From positions 30,001 through 62,000 of the forward strand of contig NC_009806.1 of NCBI RefSeq assembly GCF_000017305.1: a stretch of 32,000 bases of DNA, in the 5' to 3' direction. The notes under the pieces are model-generated. The model worked only from the letters and a program-made list of their open reading frames with translations, was not told the DNA's origin and did not search any database. The stretch's first letter is position 1, and every line of letters begins with the position of its first letter. The stretch comes from Kineococcus radiotolerans SRS30216 = ATCC BAA-149 (GTDB lineage: Bacteria; Actinomycetota; Actinomycetes; Actinomycetales; Kineococcaceae). The position numbers were made by a program, and so were the translations under genes. Shown here in pieces: positions 1 through 6,797 of this stretch.

Positions 1-1
1 T

Positions 2-985
2 CACGGTGGGCGGGGAGATCACGGCGGGAGTGGCGGTCACGGCGGTCACGGCGGTCACGGCGGTCACGGCGGTCACGACCACGGAGCGCTGACCAGCAAC
101 CGCCGCCGCCTGGGCATCGCGCTGGGCGTCACCGTCACGATCCTGCTCGTGGAGGCCGTGGGGGCGTGGTTGTCCGGTTCGCTGGCGCTGCTGGCTGATG
201 CCGGGCACATGCTCACCGACTCCGCCGGCCTGGCCATCGCCTTGATCGCCGCTTCACTGGCCGCACGCCCAGCGACCCCTCAGCGCACCTGGGGCTATCG
301 CCGAGCCGAGGTCCTGGCCGCCACCTTGCAAGCCGCGATCCTGCTGGCGGTGGGGGTCTTCATCATCGTCGAGGGCATCCGCCGGCTCCTGCAGCCCCCA
401 GAGGTCGCCTCCACGGCGATGATCGTCTTCGGTGTCGTCGGCCTGCTCGGCAACGCCGCCTCGATCCTGGTGCTCACCGGCGGACAGAAGGGGCAGAACT
501 CGAACCTGAACATGCGCGCCGCGCTGCTGGAAGTGATCAACGACGCCCTGGGCTCGGTCGCCGTCCTGATCGCTGCGGTGGTCATCGCCACCACCGGCTG
601 GTTGCGCGCCGATGCGCTCGTCTCCCTGCTCATCGGCGCGCTGATCCTGCCGCGCACGATCAAGCTGCTGCGCGAGACCATCGAGGTGTTGCTGGAGGCC
701 ACTCCCCGCGGCCTGGACCTGGATGCGGTACGCCGGCACCTGCTGGAGTTGCCGCACGTGCGCGACGTGCACGACCTGCACGCCAGCCAGATCACCTCCG
801 GTCTGCCGGTGCTCAGCGCGCACGTCGTCGTCGACGACGGCTGCTTCCACGACGGCCACACCCCGCAGATGCTCGACGCGCTGCAGGCGTGCGTGGCTGA
901 GCACTTCGAGGTCGCCATCGAGCACTCCACCTTCCAGCTCGAACCGGCCGCCCACGCCGCTCACGAGGCGGGCGCTCACCACTGA
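2..985 (+). CDS. czcD: Cation diffusion facilitator metal exporter (CzcD/ZitB type), 5' end cut by window edge
   Basis: The frame of the listed ORF (149..985) stays open back to nt 2. That stretch encodes a His-rich N-terminus (HGGRGDHGGSGGHGGHGGHGGHGGHDH). CDF motifs are present: LADAGHMLTD, NMRAALLEVINDALGS, HDLH, and a C-terminal HEAGAHH. Confidence 0.9.
   Translation, partial: HGGRGDHGGSGGHGGHGGHGGHGGHDHGALTSNRRRLGIALGVTVTILLVEAVGAWLSGSLALLADAGHMLTDSAGLAIALIAASLAARPATPQRTWGYRRAEVLAATLQAAILLAVGVFIIVEGIRRLLQPPEVASTAMIVFGVVGLLGNAASILVLTGGQKGQNSNLNMRAALLEVINDALGSVAVLIAAVVIATTGWLRADALVSLLIGALILPRTIKLLRETIEVLLEATPRGLDLDAVRRHLLELPHVRDVHDLHASQITSGLPVLSAHVVVDDGCFHDGHTPQMLDALQACVAEHFEVAIEHSTFQLEPAAHAAHEAGAHH
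32..76 (+). repeat. 5 x 9-nt in-frame tandem repeat (ggcggtcac) encoding (HGG)n
   Basis: Five perfect consecutive 9-mers read directly at 32-40, 41-49, 50-58, 59-67 and 68-76. Confidence 0.9.
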
Positions 986-1000
986 GCCGTCCCGGGCAGC

Positions 1001-1050
1001 TCCACGCCACTCCATGCCGCGCCACGCCACTTCACGCCACGTCACGCAGG
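1001..1050. repeat. Five imperfect tandem 10-mers (consensus tccacgccac)
   Basis: The units read tccacgccac / tccatgccgc / gccacgccac / ttcacgccac / gtcacgcagg. They lie directly after the czcD stop. Confidence 0.6.
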
Positions 1051-1055
1051 TCCCG

Positions 1056-1099
1056 CCCGGGGCTGATCGCTCCCCGCATTTGCAGCGATCAGCCCCGGG
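1056..1099. terminator. Bidirectional terminator-like hairpin between convergent czcD and copC
   Basis: Perfect 16-bp inverted repeat: cccggggctgatcgct (1056-1071) and agcgatcagccccggg (1084-1099), with a 12-nt loop. There is no U-tract. Confidence 0.6.
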
Positions 1100-1109
1100 C
1101 GTTCTGGCA

Positions 1110-1160
1110 GCGCACAGTCTCAGGCAGCGCGCCGTTTCAGGCGGCGCGCAGTCTCAGGCG
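1110..1160. repeat. 3 x 17-nt imperfect tandem repeat
   Basis: Units: gcgcacagtctcaggca (1110-1126), gcgcgccgtttcaggcg (1127-1143), gcgcgcagtctcaggcg (1144-1160). Confidence 0.7.
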
Positions 1161-1209
1161 GTGAGCGGCTTCTGGCGTGAGGCCTCGGGTGGCAGAGGGC
1201 AGGGACGCG

Positions 1210-1935
1210 TCAGCTGCGTCGGCGCCGGCGGGTCAGCGCGACGACGACACCGGCGATGACGGCCAGGGCTAGCGCCACCGCCCCCAGCAGGAGAGCCGTC
1301 GATGTCCCCGAGTTCGTCGAGGCGACGGAGTCAGTGCTCGGAGTCGATGACGTTGAAGTGGTGGGCGAGGCGGCCGGCGACGTCGGCGATGTCGATGACG
1401 ACGTCGCTGACGGCGTCGGCGATGTTGATGGCGGCGTCATGGTCGACGTGGCCACTGCAGCAGGCGTGGGAGCAGCGGTGGCGGTGAAGCCGAAGGAGCC
1501 CGAGATGGGGTGCCCGTCGGAGGAGGTCACCCGCCACTGCACCTCGTAGGTTCCGGCGGGGCTGGCGGGGGTCACCGCCTGAGTGATGGTGGTGCCGTCC
1601 ACTTGCGCCTGCCCGGTAGAGACCACCCCGGAGGGTCCACTGACCTGGACCTGCGCGCCCAGGGAGACCAGCTCAGCCGACATGGTCAGCTGCACCGTCG
1701 CCGGCGCCACGTCCACCGTGGCGCCCTCAGCCGGGATCGAGGAAACCAGCCGGTCGTGAGCGGCAGCAGGTCCAGCCAGCAGCACAGGCACACCCAGCCC
1801 CACCACGGCTCCCGCCAGCACCCCCACAGCCGACCCCACGACTCGGGTGGCCGCGGTCCCGCTCACGCGGCGGGCGCGGCCCCCGGGGCGCGGCGGCGCG
1901 TCTGGCAGGCGCTTGAGGCCGGCGAGGAAGGGCAT
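1210..1935 (-). CDS. copC: CopC-domain copper-binding protein with S/T/P-rich linker and C-terminal TM anchor
   Basis: A signal-anchor is followed by AAAHDRLVSSIPAEGATV...YEVQWRVTSSDGHPISGSFGFT, the CopC/YobA fold signature. The C-terminus is LLLGAVALALAVIAGVVVALTRRRRRS. Confidence 0.85.
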   Translation of the reverse strand: MPFLAGLKRLPDAPPRPGGRARRVSGTAATRVVGSAVGVLAGAVVGLGVPVLLAGPAAAHDRLVSSIPAEGATVDVAPATVQLTMSAELVSLGAQVQVSGPSGVVSTGQAQVDGTTITQAVTPASPAGTYEVQWRVTSSDGHPISGSFGFTATAAPTPAAVATSTMTPPSTSPTPSATSSSTSPTSPAASPTTSTSSTPSTDSVASTNSGTSTALLLGAVALALAVIAGVVVALTRRRRRS

Positions 1936-2109
1936 GAGCCCACTGTAGAGGTTGCTACGACGCCGCGTCGTAGTCCTTCCTCATGCATCCAGCACCTCCA
2001 GACGCCGCCGGGCCAGCCCAGGGCGCATGAACGAGGCACGGGCTCCGCGCGTCAGTCGCTCCTGGGCCGGACCCCGCCTGCGTGATGCGTCGCCGCCCTC
2101 ACCGACGCA

Positions 2110-2146
2110 CTAGAGCGCGGCGGGCTAAGGCCCTGCCGCGCTCTAG
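2110..2146 (-). terminator. Terminator-like hairpin downstream of fliL-like gene A
   Basis: Arms are ctagagcgcggc (2110-2121) and gccgcgctctag (2135-2146). Inner gggc/gccc pairing extends the stem to about 16 bp with one bulge. Confidence 0.55.
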
Positions 2147-2207
2147 AAAGCGATGGTGCTGAGTGGCCAGAGTCCACGGAGCCGCGGAAAGAGCACCGGC
2201 GAGGGCT

Positions 2208-2246
2208 TACTGGTGAGGACTACTGGTGAGGACTACGGGTGAGGAA
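2208..2246. repeat. 3 x 13-nt tandem repeat abutting the fliL-like A stop codon
   Basis: Units: tactggtgaggac (2208-2220), tactggtgaggac (2221-2233), tacgggtgaggaa (2234-2246). Confidence 0.8.
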
Positions 2247-2750
2247 TCACTGCATGACGAACTCGGTGAGGTAGATCCCCATGATCGTCTCGTGCTCCAC
2301 ACCCTCCTCGTCCTTCTCCTTGTAGGCGGTAATGATCTTCTCCTGCAGCTCATCCTTGTAGTGCTGGCGCTGCTTGGCGTTGGAGAGGTCCGCCATCGAC
2401 AGCCCGCCGAACTCGGCGATGGCCAGGTCCAGCGCCTTGCTGCCGTCAGGGCCGCCGGAGCCGTGGCCTTCGCCTCCGCCTTCGACGAGGACGCCCTGCA
2501 GGGCCAGCCCGATCTTCAGGTAGTGCCCGTCGGCGAGGTTGATACTGACCGGGTCCAGGGCGGTCACGTCGCCGGGGACCAGCTCCTCCTTGACCGTCTC
2601 TGTAGCCGCCGCCTCAGCCGGCTTGACGAGCATGTAGGTACCCCCGACGCCTCCGCCGAGCAGCAGCACCGCGCCGAGGGCACCGACGATGATCATCTTC
2701 TTCTTCTTGGTGCCGGGCGTGGTGTCGTCACTGGTGCTCTTGGCGGCCAT
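2247..2750 (-). CDS. FliL-family (flagellar basal body-associated FliL-like) single-pass membrane protein, paralog A
   Basis: MAAKSTSDD...KKKKMIIVGALGAVLLLGG is an N-terminal TM segment. FliL-type motifs follow: LDPVSINLADGHYLKIGLALQ and the C-terminal IMGIYLTEFVMQ. The start was set at 2750 by alignment with paralog B and the AGGAGAAG Shine-Dalgarno (SD). The longer ORF to 2825 is not conserved. Confidence 0.85.
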   Translation of the reverse strand: MAAKSTSDDTTPGTKKKKMIIVGALGAVLLLGGGVGGTYMLVKPAEAAATETVKEELVPGDVTALDPVSINLADGHYLKIGLALQGVLVEGGGEGHGSGGPDGSKALDLAIAEFGGLSMADLSNAKQRQHYKDELQEKIITAYKEKDEEGVEHETIMGIYLTEFVMQ

Positions 2751-2890
2751 CTCACTTCTCCTGTCGAGGGTGCTTACCGTCGGCTTGCCTGACGGCAAGG
2801 TGGTCCCTCTTCTTGTTGGCATCACCGGAGCGACCTCAAGCCGCAGGGCGCAGATCAGCGCGCAAGCACCCGTTCGGGTGAACAGCGCAC
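2751..2890 (-). promoter_or_regulatory. Conserved structured 5' leader of fliL-like gene A (candidate cis-regulatory RNA, class unknown)
   Basis: Two near-identical blocks are shared with 12760-12897 (23/23 nt and 20/21 nt), separated by diverged sequence. Hairpins and competing pairings lie next to the SD. Confidence 0.5.
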
Positions 2891-3132
2891 GCCGGAGCCC
2901 GACGCCACAGGAGTCCAGCGCCTCACGAGACCGGCACCTCGCCAGCCCGGTGCTTCACGACCCCACGGCTTCCTGGAGCCCGCCGCCGTGACTTGCCGGG
3001 CCCGTGGACATCACAGGCAGTAGCAGAGCGCTCACAAGCACCGGCCTGACGCCATCGAGTGGCCGCGCGGTGTTCTCCTCTGCGCCACCCGTAGGTGGGG
3101 GCGGTCCTGATTCGCTGCGCACGCCCCCGAAG

Positions 3133-4551
3133 ATGAGTGTGTCCCTTGGAGGACCTGTGCGTTCTGGTCGTCGTTCCCCCTCCCGTACCTCCCAGTCCCG
3201 TGCCTCCCTCTCCCGCCGCCTCCTGACCGGTGCCGCGGTGGTCGGCGTGGTCACCACCGCCACCGCCGGCGTCGGCATCGCCGCCGAAAGCGCCCAGCGT
3301 CCCGACACCCGCGCCCACCTCGCCCCCGAGGTTCAGCTGAAGTCGAGCAGCGCCAACGCTGGCGAGACCACCCCGGCCGGTGAGAGCACCAAGGCCAAGA
3401 ACATGATCCTCTTCGTCGGTGACGGCATGGGTGCCGCTGCCCGCCAGGCCGGGCGCCTGGCCCTGGCCGGCCTCGACCGTGACCTGTACATGGACTCCCT
3501 ACCGGTCTCCGGCCTGGTGCACACCTCTCCTGAAGACCCCGAGGCCTTCATCACCGACTCCGCGGCCGGTGCCACCGCCTATGCCACCGGGGTGAAGACC
3601 TTCAACGGCGCCGTCGGCGTCGACGCGCGCGGCAACGCCGTCCCCACCATCCTCGAGCGCGCTTCCGCCGCGGGCAAGGCCACCGGGCTGGTCACCACCG
3701 GGCAGATCACCGACGCCACCCCGGCCGCCTTCGCCGCCCACGTCTCCGACCGTGGGCAGCAGTCGCTCATCGCTCAGCAGTACCTGACCTCCTCCCAGCC
3801 CGACGTCCTGCTCGGCGGCGGGGAGGACTGGTGGCTGCCGGCGGGCACCCCCGGCGCCTTCCCCGACGCCCCCGCCGAAGACCCCGAAGAGGGCAGCCGC
3901 TCCGAGCACGGCAACCTGCTGCAGCAGGCCCAGAACGACGGCTACACCTACGTCAACTCCGCCGAGAGCCTGCAGCAGGCCGACGGTGAGAAGCTGCTGG
4001 GCCTCTTCGCCAACCAGGAGATGTTCCAGCAGAACCCCGAAGGCGAAGGCGACATCTACGACCCCGTCGTCTCCCTGCAGCAGATGACCACTAAGGCCCT
4101 GGACACCCTCGCCAACGACGAGGAAGGCTTCTTCCTCGTCGTGGAAGAGGAAGGTGTGGACGAGTTCGCCCACTCCAACAACGGCGCCAAGACCATCCAG
4201 GCGATCGACGAGCTCGACAAGGCGGTCCTGGCCGCGCGCACCTTCGCCGAGCAGGACGGCGAGACCCTCGTCATCACCACCGCCGACCACGAGACCGGTG
4301 GCCTCAGCGTCGAATCCGTCGACGAGGAGGACGAGTCCGGCGCCGGCGAGGCCGAAGGCATCTCCGCCGAAGACGGTCCCTTCCCTGTCCTGGGTGGCCC
4401 CGGTGAGTTCGTCATGGACTGGACCACCAGCGGACACACCGGCGTCGACGTGCCACTGACCGCCTACGGTCCCGGCTCGCAGCTGCTGAGCGGCACCTAC
4501 GAGAACACCTACGTCCACGACGCAATGCTTACCGCTCTGCTGGGCCGCTGA
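3133..4551 (+). CDS. phoA: Alkaline phosphatase (PhoA family), probable Tat-exported
   Basis: Motifs: ILFVGDGMG, active-site TDSAAGATAYATG, QITDATPAAFAAHV, EEEGVDEFAHSNN, TADHETGG, GHTGVDVPL. The N-terminus has a twin-arginine motif (SLSRRLLTGAAVVGVV). ATG 3133 is preferred over GTG 3004. Confidence 0.9.
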   Translation: MSVSLGGPVRSGRRSPSRTSQSRASLSRRLLTGAAVVGVVTTATAGVGIAAESAQRPDTRAHLAPEVQLKSSSANAGETTPAGESTKAKNMILFVGDGMGAAARQAGRLALAGLDRDLYMDSLPVSGLVHTSPEDPEAFITDSAAGATAYATGVKTFNGAVGVDARGNAVPTILERASAAGKATGLVTTGQITDATPAAFAAHVSDRGQQSLIAQQYLTSSQPDVLLGGGEDWWLPAGTPGAFPDAPAEDPEEGSRSEHGNLLQQAQNDGYTYVNSAESLQQADGEKLLGLFANQEMFQQNPEGEGDIYDPVVSLQQMTTKALDTLANDEEGFFLVVEEEGVDEFAHSNNGAKTIQAIDELDKAVLAARTFAEQDGETLVITTADHETGGLSVESVDEEDESGAGEAEGISAEDGPFPVLGGPGEFVMDWTTSGHTGVDVPLTAYGPGSQLLSGTYENTYVHDAMLTALLGR

Positions 4552-4607
4552 TCCAAGCATAGATCCCGACAAGACCTTACTTCACGGTCCATCGCACCCG
4601 GTCTATC

Positions 4608-4658
4608 GAACGCCACGTAGGGCAGCTTTTCTTTCGGAAGCCGCCCTACGTGGCGTTC
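4608..4658 (+). terminator. Strong hairpin 56 nt downstream of phoA
   Basis: Perfect 16-bp inverted repeat: gaacgccacgtagggc (4608-4623) and gccctacgtggcgttc (4643-4658), with a 19-nt loop. There is no U-tract. Confidence 0.55.
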
Positions 4659-5237
4659 TGAACCGCCCCGGTTTCCATGGAGGCTCTGGTGTGTCCCGCG
4701 TTCCGTGGAGATACACCACCATGGGGAAATCGTCGGCATTATCCCGCAGTGCCCATGACCCGCGGGGTTTCGTCATTTCTAGGGGCTTTACTACCCAGGC
4801 CAGTCCGCTCAAGCCCGCTGCCGGCCCACCCGCTAGCTATCTGATCACGAGGCTGTCCAAGCCAGACGGCGGAATGAAGCCCGTGCACGGCCGCAATTCC
4901 GCAGCCTCCAGCGATCTAGCAGACTTCGGCCACGACACTGCCCCTACCAGCGCAGCGGTGGGCTGCCCGACGGCTCCCTGAGCTACTCGGACAGCTGGAG
5001 CCTGTATCGCCACCTCCCGCGACTGCGCCGTCCGCGCCACCAACACCGAGCTCCTGCGCCTCCACCGCACCATCGAATGCGACATCCTGGGCCACTAGCA
5101 CCAAGCCGGCCGGAGGCGAAAATCATCGACCGTCTCGCCCACAACCTACGCGACGTGATCTCCGACTAGCGCGGCTTCTCCTGCACCCAACCTGCACTTC
5201 ATGCGCGTCTTCGCTGCGGCCGAGCCCGACGAGAAAT

Positions 5238-5260
5238 TTGTGCACCAAGCGGGTGCACAA
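5238..5260. repeat. Inverted repeat ttgtgcac-N7-gtgcacaa (operator-like, function unknown)
   Basis: Perfect 8-bp arms read directly. It lies in a gene-poor stretch. Confidence 0.5.
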
Positions 5261-5482
5261 CTTCCCCCGCGTTACCCACCATCTTTCGGGACCCTCATCA
5301 CCGATGAATTCATCCCTGATGCTCCCGCGGGTGCAGCACGACCGGTGTCACCGTCACCGCCGCGCACTTCCAGCATTCCCGCGCCACCCCTCACACCACC
5401 AACGGCACCGTCTGCACCACCGAACGGTTCAACATCTCCCGGCACCCTGGAACCACATCAGCCCACCCCACGCGTCAGCCCC

Positions 5483-5767
5483 TCACCATGGCGGGAGATC
5501 CGAGAACGGAGACCGTGTAGACCGCTGCAGGCGATACAGGTAGCGACCTTTCACGGCATCCACCCCCACCCCCAAGGACCGCGCGATCGTCTCCCACGGC
5601 ATCAGTTGTTCCCGCTGACGATGAACCCACCTTTGCAGTGACGTCTCCGTCCCCGGCGGGGAGTCATCACTGACCCCGATCTCGAACCACCTCCGCTCCA
5701 ACTCGACCAGCTGCGCCTCCTCGGCCCTGGCCTCGGCAAGCCTGGCCTCGAACTCCTCCGACGTCAT
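5483..5767 (-). CDS. Small hypothetical protein with a possible C-terminal HTH
   Basis: 94-aa ORF. The segment MPWETIARSLGVGVDAVKGRYLYRL resembles a sigma-r4/LuxR-type helix-turn-helix. No family was recognised. Confidence 0.4.
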   Translation of the reverse strand: MTSEEFEARLAEARAEEAQLVELERRWFEIGVSDDSPPGTETSLQRWVHRQREQLMPWETIARSLGVGVDAVKGRYLYRLQRSTRSPFSDLPPW

Positions 5768-5946
5768 GACATCTCCCTCGAGACCGGCACTTGGCCGCAG
5801 AACCGCGTCACGAGCCGACCCCGACTCGGATCCTCAGCCATCCTCGTCACCTCGCTGTCTCGGTCCTCATGGCTCCCCCTCATCCGTGACGTCGGCCACG
5901 GGTCCGCCGCCCCGCGGTCCACACCCGCTCATCGAATCCCTTGACT

Positions 5947-5979
5947 AGCCGGTTGCTAGGAGGAAGCTAGCTACCGGCT
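5947..5979 (-). terminator. Hairpin 11 nt downstream of the RES-like gene
   Basis: Arms are agccggttgctag and ctagctaccggct, 12 of 13 bp paired, with a 7-nt loop. Confidence 0.45.
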
Positions 5980-5989
5980 CAGCTGTGCG

Positions 5990-6589
5990 TCAGGGTGCCG
6001 CTTCCTGCACCGCAGCCGCCCACGCCACCGGCAGCTCATAGAGGTCGGAGACCAGCTGCACCGCGGCGCGGTGCTCGTCGTTGGCGGGGTCCAAGTACTC
6101 GGCTGACTTTAGGTCCAGACGCACCTGGCCGTGGACGGCCCAGCAGATGGCCCGGTCTCCGTCGGCGTGGCGGGAGTAGTAGCGCAACCCCTGCACGCCC
6201 AGGACGTCGAAGAGCAGGAAGCTGATCTCCTGGGTGACCGGGCGCCCGACCCTGCTGCTGGCGTTGCGGATCAGGCTGCCGTCCAGGTGGACGCTGCCCT
6301 CCTCATCTCCGAACGCCGCCACGACCTCGGGCTTGGACAGCTCGCTGCGGATGCGGTGATGGCTGTCCAGCGCGGCGAGCAGACGCTGGTTGAACACGTC
6401 CACCAGCCGGTCCAGGCGAATGCTCGGCGGGGGCTTGAACAGGCCCACCTGACTCTCCGCCAGGAAGTCTTGCACCCCCTGCACCTGCTCGGGGTCCCCC
6501 AGGTCATCCAGGTCAGGATCGTCCAGGCCGGGGCTCATCGCCTCCAGCAGGGCATCGGCGACCTTGGCGTCCTTCAGGGATACCTGCAC
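5990..6589 (-). CDS. RES-domain-like protein (candidate toxin; N-terminal half atypical)
   Basis: The C-terminal segment TQEISFLLFDVLGVQGLRYYSRHADGDRAICWAVHG matches the RES-family pattern (..G.dG..Y.SrH..G...a.f). I could not find the N-terminal GRxN-type arginine motif. The start is GTG. Confidence 0.4.
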   Translation of the reverse strand: MQVSLKDAKVADALLEAMSPGLDDPDLDDLGDPEQVQGVQDFLAESQVGLFKPPPSIRLDRLVDVFNQRLLAALDSHHRIRSELSKPEVVAAFGDEEGSVHLDGSLIRNASSRVGRPVTQEISFLLFDVLGVQGLRYYSRHADGDRAICWAVHGQVRLDLKSAEYLDPANDEHRAAVQLVSDLYELPVAWAAAVQEAAP

Positions 6590-6797
6590 CCGATCATGAT
6601 TCCAGGACGCGACGACACCCTAGGGAAGCGCAGCGCACACGCCCACCGGCGTCGGGGCGGCGAGCGCGGTGACGACGGTTGCGGTGGCGCTCAGGGGCAG
6701 CGCATCAAGGCCACGCATCCGGGCGCACTTGGGAATGGTGCGTCAAGAGGCCAGCTCGCGAGGGGCCCTCTCGTAGTGCCTCTGTTGGATTCGGAAG

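Noticed and set aside
2751-2825. 25-codon N-terminal extension of fliL-like A (MMPTRRGTTLPSGKPTVSTLDRRSE...).
   Set aside because: Paralog B starts at MAAKST with its own AGGAGA SD. The equivalent upstream sequence in B reads ATG TAA. The extension is therefore not conserved as coding sequence and overlaps the conserved RNA-like blocks.
2872-2883. GTTCACCCGAAC in the fliL-like leader resembles a PHO-box half site (GTTCACC...), and copy A is divergent to phoA.
   Set aside because: Only a single unit is present, and PhoP boxes need two or more direct 11-nt repeats. The same sequence occurs in copy B, which has no phosphate gene nearby. It is better explained as the first hairpin of the leader.
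4560-5200. Looked for a tRNA, tmRNA, RNase P, SRP or 6S RNA gene, or an integrase/attachment site, in the gene-poor stretch after phoA.
   Set aside because: I could not find a cloverleaf, the tmRNA GGGGCUGA.../tag-reading frame, the RNase P GAGGAAAGUCCGGGC core, or the SRP motif. The resemblance of one frame to an IS3 OrfA tail is too weak to call.
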